DNA of 64,000 bases from Bacteroidales bacterium (lineage in GTDB: Bacteria; Bacteroidota; Bacteroidia; Bacteroidales; UBA3663). The stretch is taken from positions 1,303 through 65,302 of the forward strand of contig JAZUDJ010000034.1 of NCBI GenBank assembly GCA_045639585.1, read 5' to 3'. A program made the translations under genes and the position numbers. Below the pieces are notes generated by a model. The model saw only the letters and a list, made by a program, of their open reading frames with translations. It was not told where the DNA came from and ran no database searches. Positions 34,650 to 46,091 of the stretch are shown piece by piece. The number at the start of each line of letters is the position of its first letter. Within the stretch, counting starts at the first letter, position 1.

Positions 34650-37600
34650 ATGCCATCCGCTTCTCTTATCTCTAAGAATAGCCAGATATTCAAACTTGCT
34701 GACTATATCGCCAGTAGCCATCTTTCATTCGATGTATTAGACACCATACAGCGCGTCTTTCTGTTGAGCAACAGGGTCAGTTCTGTATTGATTAGCGTTG
34801 AAGATGATAGTGTAATCTATATTTCCTCACATTTGATTTCTGATGTCTCGAAACTGACTCCAGAAACCAATATTGAGGTCGTTTCTTATAATGAATGGCG
34901 TAAAGAGGTGTCAGAGTCGTTTGCTTACGATTATGATCGAAGCAGGTTCACAAGAAGTACTTTGCTTGAGACGTTGCGATATAAAGTTCGTGACCATCAG
35001 CGTTATTCTTTTGTGGCTCATCGTCTAGAGGACGGTCATGAGAGTGTCGTGAAGCAAACCTTCATCAGCTTGGGCAAGGATGCTAAGTTTATTCTTTCCA
35101 CCCAGCAGGAGATTACCAACAACCTTGAGCATGACGTGCTGACGGGAGGTCTTAATCGTGCTGGCCTATTGCGAGAATTGCAGAATAAGATTGAGATGAA
35201 TGAGGTGGGTACCGAGTTGTCTATCCTCTATTTCAATATCCAGAACTTCCGAATGATCAACGAGTTCTATGGAGATGAAATAGGCGATAAGGTCCTCCAG
35301 TTCTTATACACTCGTCTTGTCTATTCTGCTTTGCATCCAGTGTCTTATGCTCGCATGGAATCCGACAAGTTTGTACTTCTGGTTCATAAGGAGAACTGTG
35401 ACGTGGAGGTAATCGACCAGCTCTGCCGTCAGGAATTCGAATCGGAACAGCAGAAGATTCCTTTCCAGTGCTTGTGTGGTATCTATCACATCAAGGACAT
35501 GCTCATTTCGCCGATCAACGCCATCAATCGAGCTAAGCTGGCGATCTCATTTATTCGAGATCTTTTCATCAAGCCATGGATGGTTTTCGAGGAATACATG
35601 CAGAGTTCGTATTTCTCAGATAATGAGATCTTGCTTTCTTTTGAAGAAGCTCTTAATAATAACGAGTTTGTCCCTTATTTCCAACCTATTGTCAATGCAC
35701 AGACAGGTCGTATTGAGATGGCAGAGGCGTTGGTGCGCTGGGTGTCGCCTAAGCATGGTATCATTTCTCCGACACTTTTCATTCCGATTCTTGAGCGCCA
35801 TGGAGGACTCTCGCGTATTGATATGCTCATGGAGGGTAGGATCATTGAGTTGCAGCGCCGCCGCCTCAGCAAAGGTCAGCCTGTTATTCCTATCGATATA
35901 AATCTATCGTGGGTCGACTTCTCTGATCGTAAGTTTGTAGAGCAGCTCTTCCAGCATATAGAGGATCACTCGTTGCCAAAAGATCTTGTCTGCTACGAGA
36001 TCACGGAGACAGCACTCTCAGACATTGCGGAAAACCGTCTCGATGTTCTCGCTTTCTTTAAGAAGCATGGCATCAACATGCTTATTGATGATTTCGGCCA
36101 AGGCTATTCGTTCGGTTCGATGAAGGATGTTGAGTTCAAAATCATCAAGCTCGACAAGTCGCTCATTGATCGCATTGGCCAGAGTCGCAAGAACGATCTT
36201 CTTCTGGAATCGCTCATCACGATGTTCCACAAGATGAATGCCAAGATCATTGCAGAGGGTGTTGAGACAGATATTCAGCTCAAGTTCTTGCGTGAAATGG
36301 GTTGTGATTATATCCAGGGCTTCTATTTCTACAAGCCGATGGATGAGAACGCTTTCCTTGCTTTGCTTGAGCAGCAGCAGATTGCTGTAGAATATAACAA
36401 TGTCCAGGTTCCACTTGCATCTGCACCGAACTATAGTCAATGGACTTTACCATCTGTCGGAGCTAAAAAGGAGTCTTTTGCTGCTAATGACAAGCAGAAG
36501 CAGGATGCTTCGGAATTGAAATGTCTGCGTTTCCTCCTTGATGAGCAGGATGTGCATATCTTTTCATGGAATGTCAAGACACATGTCACTACCTTGCCTG
36601 AGAAGTTCTGCAAGAAGTACGGTTTGCCTTCAGAATTGTCTAATATGCCAGAGAATGGCAATCTGACTGTTCCTGAAGACATGGAACGTTTTATCAATTT
36701 CTATAAGCGGATAGAGCGTGGCGAACAGATGGGTACCGACTACTTCCGTCTCCTCAATCCCGATAAGAAAGGCTATCGTTGGTACCGTAAGACCTTCTAT
36801 ACAATCTTCGACAGCAATGGTTTCCCTGTCAAAGCCATCCTCGCTATGCAGGACTGTGGCGACAAATACAATCTTCGCGTACACCGTACCCGTGAATTGA
36901 TGCTGACGCAGGAGCAGGACATTCTGACCTTCATCTACACTTTGCCAGATGACTCTTTGCGTTTCAACTACCTTAATGCTAATGGTAGCGTTGTGTCTCG
37001 TGTCTTCCCGGATTATCTTAAGACAGTTACTAGCGAGAATCGGCTTGCCAGTAAGATCAAGAAGACGATAGAGGATATCGATGGACCTCGTACTGGCTGG
37101 ATAGATTTTTATAATAACTACAGTAAGTGTGAGCAGCGTGCGCACTTCTCCAAGATTGATGGTGAATACGGTCATCTTTATGCCATTGTCGGTCAGGCAG
37201 AAAACATCAATCGTACCAAGGAACGATTGACTGAAACCATCAAAAAGCAGAGCGAGCTTTTGGGTATGACCGAGAGCCTCCGTAGCATTTATAACCTCGT
37301 AGCTTATTATGACATAGAGGAAGATAAGCAGAGTACCTTGATTCTTGATAAGGCTTATGAGAGATATCTTTCTCCACACATGGATATCCGTACGTCATTC
37401 CGAATTTATGTTGGTCGAGTGCTCAAGGAAAACTATCGCGAAGACTTTGTGAAATTTGAGGATCTTTCTACGCTCGACGAGCGAATGAAGGGACAGAAGT
37501 TTATTTCGCATGAGTATGAGGATAATGTATGTGGTTGGATGCGTGCTTTCCTGATTCCATCAGAGTACACACCAGAGGGAAAGATTCGTTCGGTCCTCTT

Positions 37601-38141
37601 CGCTGCACAATCTATTGGTCAGGAGAAGAGTATGATGGAGCGTCTCATCTATCTCTCAGAGATTGATGGCCTTACACAAATTCGTAACCGTTATAGCGGT
37701 ATGCGTGAGATCTCTAAGGCGTTGCAGCAAGGAGGTCCTGGAGTCTTCGGTATCCTCGATAGTGACAAGTTTAAGTTTGTCAATGATAATTATGGACACA
37801 TTGTAGGTGATCATGTCCTTGAGTGTATTGCCCAGGGTCTTACTGTCATGAATCCGGATGGCATCAATATGCGTCTCGGAGGAGATGAGTTTGCCTTCTA
37901 TATATCAGGTAGTCTTACAGACGAACAGATACATCAGAAAATGGAAGAGTTCTTCGCATACCTCAATGAATTCAGATATAAAGAAGGAGACAACAATCAT
38001 ATATCTGTGAGCCTCGGTATCGTTGCCATTGAAGAGAATCAGGTTATTGACATCGATGAGGCTTATCGTCGAGGTGACGCGTTGCTTTATCAAAGTAAGA
38101 AGACTTATGGCAACGCTGTGACCATCGAGCGAATAAAATAA
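34650..38141 (+). CDS. multidomain c-di-GMP signalling protein: degenerate GGDEF - EAL - PAS-like region - GGDEF
   Basis: First GGDEF-like domain has MESDKF in place of GGDEF. EAL domain has EALVRW, INLS, YEITE, DDFGQGYS, KLDKS, AEGVET and IQGFYF. C-terminal domain has an intact RLGGDEFAF. No TM segments. Confidence 0.85.
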   Translation: MPSASLISKNSQIFKLADYIASSHLSFDVLDTIQRVFLLSNRVSSVLISVEDDSVIYISSHLISDVSKLTPETNIEVVSYNEWRKEVSESFAYDYDRSRFTRSTLLETLRYKVRDHQRYSFVAHRLEDGHESVVKQTFISLGKDAKFILSTQQEITNNLEHDVLTGGLNRAGLLRELQNKIEMNEVGTELSILYFNIQNFRMINEFYGDEIGDKVLQFLYTRLVYSALHPVSYARMESDKFVLLVHKENCDVEVIDQLCRQEFESEQQKIPFQCLCGIYHIKDMLISPINAINRAKLAISFIRDLFIKPWMVFEEYMQSSYFSDNEILLSFEEALNNNEFVPYFQPIVNAQTGRIEMAEALVRWVSPKHGIISPTLFIPILERHGGLSRIDMLMEGRIIELQRRRLSKGQPVIPIDINLSWVDFSDRKFVEQLFQHIEDHSLPKDLVCYEITETALSDIAENRLDVLAFFKKHGINMLIDDFGQGYSFGSMKDVEFKIIKLDKSLIDRIGQSRKNDLLLESLITMFHKMNAKIIAEGVETDIQLKFLREMGCDYIQGFYFYKPMDENAFLALLEQQQIAVEYNNVQVPLASAPNYSQWTLPSVGAKKESFAANDKQKQDASELKCLRFLLDEQDVHIFSWNVKTHVTTLPEKFCKKYGLPSELSNMPENGNLTVPEDMERFINFYKRIERGEQMGTDYFRLLNPDKKGYRWYRKTFYTIFDSNGFPVKAILAMQDCGDKYNLRVHRTRELMLTQEQDILTFIYTLPDDSLRFNYLNANGSVVSRVFPDYLKTVTSENRLASKIKKTIEDIDGPRTGWIDFYNNYSKCEQRAHFSKIDGEYGHLYAIVGQAENINRTKERLTETIKKQSELLGMTESLRSIYNLVAYYDIEEDKQSTLILDKAYERYLSPHMDIRTSFRIYVGRVLKENYREDFVKFEDLSTLDERMKGQKFISHEYEDNVCGWMRAFLIPSEYTPEGKIRSVLFAAQSIGQEKSMMERLIYLSEIDGLTQIRNRYSGMREISKALQQGGPGVFGILDSDKFKFVNDNYGHIVGDHVLECIAQGLTVMNPDGINMRLGGDEFAFYISGSLTDEQIHQKMEEFFAYLNEFRYKEGDNNHISVSLGIVAIEENQVIDIDEAYRRGDALLYQSKKTYGNAVTIERIK

Positions 38142-38159
38142 TCTCATCATAAAAAATTC

Positions 38160-39440
38160 TCATCGCTTACGGACAAAGTAGCATCCCCATCGGCAATGCA
38201 TGCATAGATGATGCTGACAGTAGGTGCGATGTAGATGAAGTAATGCTTGTGTATCAAATGCGGATCGGACGGGAATTCCTCGTTCGATCCATTGTTGTAT
38301 ATAGCGGTTGTTCTCTGCAGGAACACGTTCGAGCATCATCAGTGCTTCCTCGCATTTCTCGTCATCACCACGCCATTGTGCATAGCCTATGAGAATCGGT
38401 ACAACGGCATTGATAATCAAGCTATGAATGGTCTGCTGACCAATACCATTCACGGAGAGAATCTTGTAGATAGAATTAAGGTCTGTCGCACTGCAGATTT
38501 CATCGAAAAGATCCTTATGTGTGAAGAGTAGCTGTGCCAGTGCGATTAGTCGGTTATGAGGCTGCGCCTGAGGTCTGACTCCTCCAAGTTTCCAAACTTG
38601 AAAAGGTAATGGATTGAGTGAGAATTTTTGTCTTAAGAAAGCGTATTCTCGTATTAGTATCTCCTTTTTGGATGTACTTTTTTCTCCCTTTGATATACTT
38701 GCTTGATTTTCTTTGGAAGTACTTTGTGTATTAGAAACTTCAAAACAATTCTCAGGAAGTTCTAATAATCCTGCTTGTCCTAACAAAAGTGCTTCTATCT
38801 GCATCAAATTATCTTTATGATGCAAGATGCAAGAAAGCCGAAGAGATCTTGCCAACCGCTCCATGGCATCACTATTTACACCTGTTCCTAAACTACGTGT
38901 CAGTACCACATAAAACGCCTCTCTCCAGCCAAAGAGCTGATTGTCGACCAAGTCACGTACTCGGTTTGTTTTCTCGATCATCCTTTGTGTGCAAAGTGCT
39001 GTCTGCCAGTCATGAATCAATAAGGACGGGAGCTCTCCCAATCTAGGTGCACAACGTATCGGACAGAAAGGATCGCGGTCGGTCAATAATTCGTTATGAC
39101 GAGACATGATATCATTAGGAATGAGCATCACAACTGTACGTAATAGGGTGCCATCATGAAGTCGGATCATTGCATCGGCTTGCATGACCACGTGCAGAAT
39201 CACAGAGTCATACGCTCGGTCATCATTATGTTTATGACGATACCAATCTGAAGACCTTACATGCATCTCAACATTTCCTGCAAAAGTTAGGCCGTCCATT
39301 CGTATTTTCGCATTGAAGAAGTCTGGACCAGCTTCTGTATTGCGCTGGCCAGGATGTATTATTTCGATAGGTTCTCCATCGACGGTGGCTATGCTGCTGA
39401 AGAGTCTCTGCTGCCAGACGTAGTACATGAGATTTTCCAT
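38160..39440 (-). CDS. DUF2851-family protein
   Basis: 426 aa. The N-terminus MENLMYYVWQQRLF..GQRNTEAGPDFFNAKI and the C-terminal Cys/His cluster HHLCMHCRWGC resemble Bacteroidota DUF2851 proteins. Confidence 0.65.
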   Translation of the reverse strand: MENLMYYVWQQRLFSSIATVDGEPIEIIHPGQRNTEAGPDFFNAKIRMDGLTFAGNVEMHVRSSDWYRHKHNDDRAYDSVILHVVMQADAMIRLHDGTLLRTVVMLIPNDIMSRHNELLTDRDPFCPIRCAPRLGELPSLLIHDWQTALCTQRMIEKTNRVRDLVDNQLFGWREAFYVVLTRSLGTGVNSDAMERLARSLRLSCILHHKDNLMQIEALLLGQAGLLELPENCFEVSNTQSTSKENQASISKGEKSTSKKEILIREYAFLRQKFSLNPLPFQVWKLGGVRPQAQPHNRLIALAQLLFTHKDLFDEICSATDLNSIYKILSVNGIGQQTIHSLIINAVVPILIGYAQWRGDDEKCEEALMMLERVPAENNRYIQQWIERGIPVRSAFDTQALLHLHRTYCQHHLCMHCRWGCYFVRKR

Positions 39441-39765
39441 ATTTACTTTTTATTTGAGTTAATTTTCGTGGTAAATATACATCGATTCTCTTGCTTGACT
39501 GCGATTAAAATAATAATTATCAAATTCTATGTTTTTCCGAGGACATAACACTCGAAATTGCTATCTGCAATAGGCTATTTTGACTTTATTCAACAGAAAT
39601 GACGTCGTCCTATTTGGTCTGAAAATATGATGTCGCGATTTCGATTGTGCTAATTATAATTGTTATTTGATTTACAATTTCTTTTGAATTTCTCCTAAAA
39701 TCTAAAAATAACTTATTTTTTGGAAGTTTTTGTTCCGAACATTTCCGAATGTGATTTTTTTTTGT

Positions 39766-39773
39766 TATCTTTG
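39766..39773 (+). promoter_or_regulatory. -7 box TATCTTTG upstream of dapB
   Basis: TTGTTATCTTTGCGCC, 77 nt upstream of the ATG at 39850. Confidence 0.55.
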
Positions 39774-39849
39774 CGCCGTTATATGCGTGTGTATATGCTC
39801 TACGAGCAAATCCGCTCCAATTACAAACGAATAAACTACTAGAAAAGAT

Positions 39850-40638
39850 ATGAAAATTGCATTGATCGGTTATGGCAAAATGGGCCATATCATTGAAGAG
39901 ATAGCAGTGAGTCGCGGCCATGAGGTTGTGTGTACTATTGATATTAACAATTTGGAGGACTTTGAGAGCGAGGCGTTCAAGAGTGCTGACGTTGCTATTG
40001 AGTTCACGACCCCTAAAACTACACGTGGCAATATGGCCAAGTGTTTGAAGGCAGGTGTGTCAGTGGTGGTGGGTTCTACTGGTTGGTACGATCAGCTCGA
40101 CGAGGTGAAAGCCGAGGTCGCTGCTGCTAATGGTTCTCTGTTCTGGGCTTCGAACTTCTCGATTGGAGTTAACGTCTTTGTGGCAATGCAGAAGTATGTG
40201 GCTAAGATTATGAACGCCTACCCTCAGTATGACGTGGCCATGGAAGAGACTCACCACATTCATAAGCTCGATTCTCCTTCGGGTACAGCGATTACCATTG
40301 CTAATGCTATCACCGACAATCTGGATCGCAAACAATCATGGAAGGAGACCTCTTGCCTCTGGCTTAACGAGGACATGAGCGTCAACGTGGATCGCAATGC
40401 CGAGATGAACACCACCTTCGCGCCACACAATGAGGACGAACTAGAGGTCGTCGCTTTCCGTCGTGGCGAGGTGCCAGGTATCCATACCGTAGTGTATGAC
40501 AGTGAGGTCGATACTATCACCATGACCCACTCTGCCAAGAGTCGCCGTGGTTTTGCTCTTGGTGCTGTCTTTGCTGCTGAGTGGATGGCTGACGGCAAGA
40601 AGGGTGTCTACACAATGACAGACCTCATGAAATTCTAA
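39850..40638 (+). CDS. dapB: 4-hydroxy-tetrahydrodipicolinate reductase
   Basis: MKIALIGYGKMG; EETHHIHKLDSPSGTA catalytic motif. Confidence 0.92.
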   Translation: MKIALIGYGKMGHIIEEIAVSRGHEVVCTIDINNLEDFESEAFKSADVAIEFTTPKTTRGNMAKCLKAGVSVVVGSTGWYDQLDEVKAEVAAANGSLFWASNFSIGVNVFVAMQKYVAKIMNAYPQYDVAMEETHHIHKLDSPSGTAITIANAITDNLDRKQSWKETSCLWLNEDMSVNVDRNAEMNTTFAPHNEDELEVVAFRRGEVPGIHTVVYDSEVDTITMTHSAKSRRGFALGAVFAAEWMADGKKGVYTMTDLMKF

Positions 40639-40660
40639 TATAAACCTAACCAAAACTAAA

Positions 40661-42148
40661 ATGACAGAAAACAAGACGAGTGAAGATTGTCAGCGTGGCT
40701 TTGATCGTAAGATGACAACCTTCGACAAAGTAAAGATGGCCTTCTGGCTGCTGGCACTGGCGCTCTTTGCGCTGTGGGCATCGAGCTGGGTGCCATTTGT
40801 ATTCATGCCTTTTGTGGTAGATCTCTACTGGATGCACTTCATCAAGTGGGATTGGTGGAAAGACCTTAATAATAGCTTACTGCGCAACGTGATGTCGTGG
40901 ATCGACGCTATTGTTTTTGCGCTCTGTGCTGTATGGGTATTGCAGAACTTCTTCTTCCAGAACTTCCAGATTCCTACCACCTCGCTCGAGAAGACTATGC
41001 TGGCAGGTGACTACTTGATGGTGTCGAAGTATCACTATGGACCTCGTGTGCCAATGACACCACTTTCATTGCCTCTCTTCCAGAATACTATCACGCTGGG
41101 AGGAACGAATCTCGGTAAGTCGTACATCGAGCATCCACAGATCAACTACCGCCGTATGCCAGGATTGACCGACATCGAGCGTTATGATATTGTCGTGTTC
41201 AATTACCCGAACGGTGATACAATCTGCACCAAGTGTGAGAATCCTGACTACTACAGTCTATGTCGCGCTTATGGCCGTGACAAGGTATGGAACGACAAAC
41301 GACAGTTCGGTGATGTGGTATACCGTCCTGTAGATCGCCGCGAGAATTATGTAAAACGTCTTGTCGGTATGCCAGGCGAAACGCTTCAGATTATTGATCG
41401 TAAAGTGCTTGTTGATGGCAAAGAGTTGCCAGAACCTCAGTATCTACAACATTTCTATCTGGTGCTCAGTAAGAATGGTATCACTGATAACTACTGGCGT
41501 CGTGAGCTTGGTATCTATACTAAGGGTAATGGTTCGACTCTCAGTCCTGACGTCTATCAAATTAACGATCCAGGCGTATATGACTACCTTGGCATTAAAC
41601 CTGATAGCGTTTCTGGCCAGTACAAACCGCTTTATCAGGTCAACATGACTCGTGAAATGGTAGCTAAGCTCGAAAAGAGCGGTAAGGCTGAATGGGTGCG
41701 AGAGATGCCAATGGAGTGGGAGCAGCCGGGTCAAGTGTATCCACAGCGAGAACTCAGCGAATGGACATCTGCTAACTTTGGACCTATCTGGATTCCTCGC
41801 CGAGGTGCTTCTATTAAGTTGACTGACGAAAATGTAGAACTCTATGGTCGTTGCATCCGCAGCTACGAGCAGAACCTCAAAACAGGAGATGGCCAAGGTA
41901 ATGAACTAATTCGCACAGGTAAGGACAGTTATGAACTCAATGGTGAGCCAGCAAAGGAATATACCTTCCAGATGGATTACTATTGGATGATGGGTGACAA
42001 TCGCGACAACTCGCTCGACTCACGCTTCTGGGGCTTCGTCCCTGAGGATCATATTGTGGGTACACCGCTATTCGTATGGTTCTCAATCGATCAGGAGACG
42101 GGTGAATGGAGAAAAGATCGTTGGTTCAAACAGGTGAAAGGATTGTGA
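40661..42148 (+). CDS. lepB: signal peptidase I
   Basis: SLEKTMLAGDYLMVSK (Ser box), YVKRLVGMPGETL (Lys box), GDNRDNSLDSRFWGFVP. Confidence 0.92.
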   Translation: MTENKTSEDCQRGFDRKMTTFDKVKMAFWLLALALFALWASSWVPFVFMPFVVDLYWMHFIKWDWWKDLNNSLLRNVMSWIDAIVFALCAVWVLQNFFFQNFQIPTTSLEKTMLAGDYLMVSKYHYGPRVPMTPLSLPLFQNTITLGGTNLGKSYIEHPQINYRRMPGLTDIERYDIVVFNYPNGDTICTKCENPDYYSLCRAYGRDKVWNDKRQFGDVVYRPVDRRENYVKRLVGMPGETLQIIDRKVLVDGKELPEPQYLQHFYLVLSKNGITDNYWRRELGIYTKGNGSTLSPDVYQINDPGVYDYLGIKPDSVSGQYKPLYQVNMTREMVAKLEKSGKAEWVREMPMEWEQPGQVYPQRELSEWTSANFGPIWIPRRGASIKLTDENVELYGRCIRSYEQNLKTGDGQGNELIRTGKDSYELNGEPAKEYTFQMDYYWMMGDNRDNSLDSRFWGFVPEDHIVGTPLFVWFSIDQETGEWRKDRWFKQVKGL

Positions 42149-42191
42149 GAATTCATAATTCATAGTTGAGAATTCATAATTGGGAATTTCT

Positions 42192-42803
42192 GTGAAAGTA
42201 TTACCAACCGCATATCTTGCTCCAATAAGCTATTATGCTGTTCTTTTCCATGAACCAGAGGTTGTCATTGAGGCGCATGAACACTATGTGAAACAGACGT
42301 TGAGAAACCGCACGGTGATCAGTACTGGACAAGGTCCTCAGACGCTCTCGATCAATGTGCAGAAAGGTAACAAACTCAAGATGCCTATCACTGAGATCCT
42401 GCTGAGTGACCATGGGAATTGGATGCACCAGCATTTGTATTCGCTTGCTACATACTATGGTAACAGTCCTTTCTATGAGTACTATATCGACGAACTGAAA
42501 GAGGTAATGCTGCATGGACACGACGGCTCGCTCTTCGGACTTAATGAAGCGCTACGAAAGAAGATCTGTGAGCTCATCGGCTTTGAACCAAATGTGCGAT
42601 ATAGTGAGGAGTGGATGGGCGTGAACCGATTGGGAGAAGAGCTTGTAAACCCTGACATTGTGACTCCAATGTATTATCAGGTAGCTGGTTTGGGAACAGA
42701 GAAGCAGGCTTTTATGCACAATCTGAGCATACTGGATTTACTATTTAATATGGGCAATGAAAGTATACTTGTACTGAACCAAATGAATGTTGTTAATTGT
42801 TAG
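42192..42803 (+). CDS. WbqC-family protein
   Basis: (M)KVLPTAYLAPISYYAVL N-terminus is typical of WbqC-like proteins that follow lepB in Bacteroidota. GTG at 42192 is preferred over the TTG at 42180. Confidence 0.7.
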   Translation: MKVLPTAYLAPISYYAVLFHEPEVVIEAHEHYVKQTLRNRTVISTGQGPQTLSINVQKGNKLKMPITEILLSDHGNWMHQHLYSLATYYGNSPFYEYYIDELKEVMLHGHDGSLFGLNEALRKKICELIGFEPNVRYSEEWMGVNRLGEELVNPDIVTPMYYQVAGLGTEKQAFMHNLSILDLLFNMGNESILVLNQMNVVNC

Positions 42804-42828
42804 CATTTTTTTGTTGACTGTTTTATAA

Positions 42829-44727
42829 ATGGATCAGAAATTGACTGACATACTACAGAAAAACGGGTATCCTGAAGACCTTCGCAAGTTGCCTGTGAAC
42901 GACTTGCCAGAGGTATGTGAGGCTATCCGTCAGTTCATCATTGAGCAGGTGAGCGTTCATCCGGGACATTTCGCCTCAAGTCTTGGCGCTGTGGAACTGA
43001 CTGTAGCATTGCACTATGTATATAATACTCCTGAGGATCGTCTCGTTTGGGACGTCGGTCATCAGGCTTATCCGCATAAGATTCTTACAGGGCGTCGCGA
43101 GCGTTTTTCGACGCTCCGTCAGAAAGGAGGTTTAAGTGGCTTTCCGACTCCGATGGAGAGCGAATATGATACCTTTTCTACAGGACATGCCAGCAACAGT
43201 ATCAGTGCCGCTCTTGGTATGGCCGTGGCCAACAAGCTGAAAGGTGATGATCGTAAGGTTGTAGCTGTAATCGGCGATGCATCGATAAGTGGAGGTATGG
43301 CCTTCGAAGGATTGAACAACGCATCTTCGCACCCCAATGACTTGCTCATCGTGCTTAACGATAACCAGATGGCGATTGATCAGAATGTAGGAGCCCTCTA
43401 TCACTATCTGACCACTATCACTACCAGTCAGCGCTATAATCTATTGCGTTATAAGGCTTACAATGTGCTGAAGAAGCATAACCTGATTGGAGACAAGTTC
43501 CGCCGAGCTATGGTGCGCTTTGCCAACTCAATTAAGTCATTGGTAAGTCGCCGTCAGAATATTTTCGAAGGCCTCGATATTCGTTATTTCGGTCCAGTGG
43601 ATGGTCATAATGTTGTAAAGTTGGACAAGACATTGCAGAAGATTAAGGATCTCCATGGCCCAAAGATGCTGCATGTCTGCACCATTAAAGGCAAAGGCTT
43701 CAAGCCGGCAGAGGATGAGGCGACGATATGGCATGCTCCGGGTAAGTTCAATCCAGAGACGGGTGAGCGTATCAAGGAGAGTACCCAGGGAATGGCGCCA
43801 AAATTCCAGGACGTCTTCGGTAAGACGCTGGTGGAGCTGGCAGAACAGAACGAGCGTATTGTGGGTATTACGCCTGCTATGCCGACAGGTTGTTCGATGA
43901 ACTTCATGATGGATCGCTTCCCTGATCGCACCTTCGATGTGGGTATTGCTGAGGAGCATGCTGTGACCTTCAGCGGCGGTTTGGCCAAAGAGGGACGGTT
44001 GCCATTCTGCAACATCTATTCGGCCTTCATGCAGCGAGCTTTGGATCAGGTGATCAACGATGTGGCATTGACCCATCTGCACGTGATCTTCTGTCTGGAT
44101 CGTGCCGGCATCGTAGGTGCGGATGGTCCTACTCATCATGGTGTGTTCGACATCGCACAATTCCGTGCCATTCCGGGTATGACCGTATGTTCGCCAATCA
44201 ACGAACACTGGTTGCGTCGACTGATGTATACGTCTACGCTTAATACAGAAGGTCCTTGGATGATCCGTTATCCACGTGGCAACGGTAGCATCGGTGGAGA
44301 AGAAGCTGATGGCACGCCACACTGGATGTGTCCGCTCGAAAGGGTAGAGGTCGGCAAGGGCTACTGCTTGCGCGAAGGTAATGGCGACACCGCCATCCTG
44401 AGCTTTGGACCTATCGGTACAGAAGCAGCGAAGGCCATCGAGCAGAGCGGTAAGGACGTCGCACATTATGATATGGTCTTCTGCAAACCGATAGATAAGG
44501 CGTTGCTCGCAACCATATTTAATAAGTATACTCGCATCATTACTGTAGAGGATGGCATCGCTGACGGAGGCTTCGGCTCGGCCGTGCTTGAAGAAGCCAA
44601 CCGCCAGCAATATAAAGGTCAGATTGTACGTCTGGGTGTACCAGATGAGTTTGTGACACATGGTGCGGTCAAGGAGTTGTATCATGATTGTGGCATTGAT
44701 GCTGCAGGAATATTACAGAAGTTATGA
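42829..44727 (+). CDS. dxs: 1-deoxy-D-xylulose-5-phosphate synthase
   Basis: [50 protein letters not shown]. Confidence 0.95.
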   Translation: MDQKLTDILQKNGYPEDLRKLPVNDLPEVCEAIRQFIIEQVSVHPGHFASSLGAVELTVALHYVYNTPEDRLVWDVGHQAYPHKILTGRRERFSTLRQKGGLSGFPTPMESEYDTFSTGHASNSISAALGMAVANKLKGDDRKVVAVIGDASISGGMAFEGLNNASSHPNDLLIVLNDNQMAIDQNVGALYHYLTTITTSQRYNLLRYKAYNVLKKHNLIGDKFRRAMVRFANSIKSLVSRRQNIFEGLDIRYFGPVDGHNVVKLDKTLQKIKDLHGPKMLHVCTIKGKGFKPAEDEATIWHAPGKFNPETGERIKESTQGMAPKFQDVFGKTLVELAEQNERIVGITPAMPTGCSMNFMMDRFPDRTFDVGIAEEHAVTFSGGLAKEGRLPFCNIYSAFMQRALDQVINDVALTHLHVIFCLDRAGIVGADGPTHHGVFDIAQFRAIPGMTVCSPINEHWLRRLMYTSTLNTEGPWMIRYPRGNGSIGGEEADGTPHWMCPLERVEVGKGYCLREGNGDTAILSFGPIGTEAAKAIEQSGKDVAHYDMVFCKPIDKALLATIFNKYTRIITVEDGIADGGFGSAVLEEANRQQYKGQIVRLGVPDEFVTHGAVKELYHDCGIDAAGILQKL

Positions 44728-46061
44728 AAATCATTGTCGCCGGTGCCGCTGAGGTTGGTACCCATCTGGCCAAACTGTTGGCCAAAGAGAACATGGACGT
44801 AGTGCTGATGGATGCAGATCCAGAAAAGATTGCACAGCTCACGTTCATGAACCTCATGACTATGGTCGGTAAGCCTACCAGCATCACGTCGTTACGTGAG
44901 GCGGGAGTTCCAACGTGCGACCTTTTCATCGCTGTAACTCCAGACGAGAGTATCAACATCCACGCCTGTATACTGGCAGCTAACCTCGGCGCTCGTAAGA
45001 CGGTGGCTCGCATTGATGATAAGGAGATGCTCAAGCCGGCCAGCGTGGAGTTCTATAAGCGCATTGGCGTAAGTCATCTCGTTTATCCAGAGATGCTGGC
45101 AGGTCAGGCGGTGTCGTCGGCTATCATGCGTCCATGGGCACGTCAGAGCTACGAACTGTGCGACGGTAAGTTGCAGCTGGTAGGTGTCAAAGTGTATAAG
45201 GATGCACCGATCGTAGGGCAGACGCTCATCGAGATCGGTAAGCGCCACCATGATCACTTCCATGTGGCTGCTATTAAACGAGGCGACGATCTGATGATAC
45301 CGAGCGCTACCGACATGGTGCTGGCCGATGATGTGGTGTATTTCGTCACGGTGCCAGAGAAGCTCGATGTGATACGCCTTACTTGCGGCAAGCGCGAGGT
45401 GCACCTACAGCGCGTAATCATCATGGGAGGTACACGTATTGGTGTACAGACGTGTTATCATCTGCCAGACAACCTTGATGTACTCTTTATTGAGCCGAAT
45501 CGTCACCGAGCCGAAGAACTTATGGAACTCGTTCCAAAGGCGCACGTTATTCAGGGAAAGGTGGCTGATCAGGAAGCTATGACCTCGGTGCATATTGAAA
45601 AGTCAGATGCACTGGTGGCTTTGGGCATGGAGAGCGGTTCGAACATCCTCGCCTGCCTGTCGGCCAAGAAGATGGGTGTGGGTAAGACCGTGGCTGAGGT
45701 TCCGGATGTGGAGTATATCTCATTGGCCACGAACCTCAACATCGGTTCGGTGGTCAACAAGAAGATCGTTACCGCCAGCGCCATCTACCAGTTGCTGCTT
45801 GATGCGGATAAGACCAATGCCAAGTGCTTTAGCCTTGACGACGCTGAGGTTGCCGACTTGGTGGCACAAGAGGGTAGCCGTATCACCGCCAAACCAGTCA
45901 TGAACCTCTCGTTGCCAAAGGGAATCACCTTGGGTGGTCTTGTGCGTGACGGTAAGGGTATGACTGTTACAGGTCAGACTCAGATCCAGCCGAGCGATCA
46001 TGTTATCGTTATCTATATGAACGAGAAGATTTCGCAAGTAGAGAAGTTGTTTGTCAAGTAA
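44724..46061 (+). CDS. trkA: Trk system potassium uptake protein TrkA
   Basis: [19 protein letters not shown], two RCK/NAD-binding halves, ATGA overlap with the dxs stop. Confidence 0.9.
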   Translation: MKIIVAGAAEVGTHLAKLLAKENMDVVLMDADPEKIAQLTFMNLMTMVGKPTSITSLREAGVPTCDLFIAVTPDESINIHACILAANLGARKTVARIDDKEMLKPASVEFYKRIGVSHLVYPEMLAGQAVSSAIMRPWARQSYELCDGKLQLVGVKVYKDAPIVGQTLIEIGKRHHDHFHVAAIKRGDDLMIPSATDMVLADDVVYFVTVPEKLDVIRLTCGKREVHLQRVIIMGGTRIGVQTCYHLPDNLDVLFIEPNRHRAEELMELVPKAHVIQGKVADQEAMTSVHIEKSDALVALGMESGSNILACLSAKKMGVGKTVAEVPDVEYISLATNLNIGSVVNKKIVTASAIYQLLLDADKTNAKCFSLDDAEVADLVAQEGSRITAKPVMNLSLPKGITLGGLVRDGKGMTVTGQTQIQPSDHVIVIYMNEKISQVEKLFVK

Positions 46062-46091
46062 ATAGTACATGGTGCTTGATTAAATGATAAA

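Noticed and set aside
39610-39921. 103-aa minus-strand ORF spanning the dapB promoter and start
   Set aside because: It overlaps the dapB start and its TATCTTTG box, has an AT-rich biased composition and shows no motif.
43537-44685. 382-aa antisense ORF inside dxs. Similar long antisense ORFs lie at 18985..20133 (susC), 36630..37379 (GGDEF/EAL gene), 54691..55446 (GH97), 17413..18090, 22395..23075, 27624..28265 (over the riboswitch, thiS and thiE) and 10806..11348.
   Set aside because: Each lies fully within a strongly supported CDS on the opposite strand. The translations are low-complexity or biased with no recognisable motifs, as is typical of shadow ORFs.
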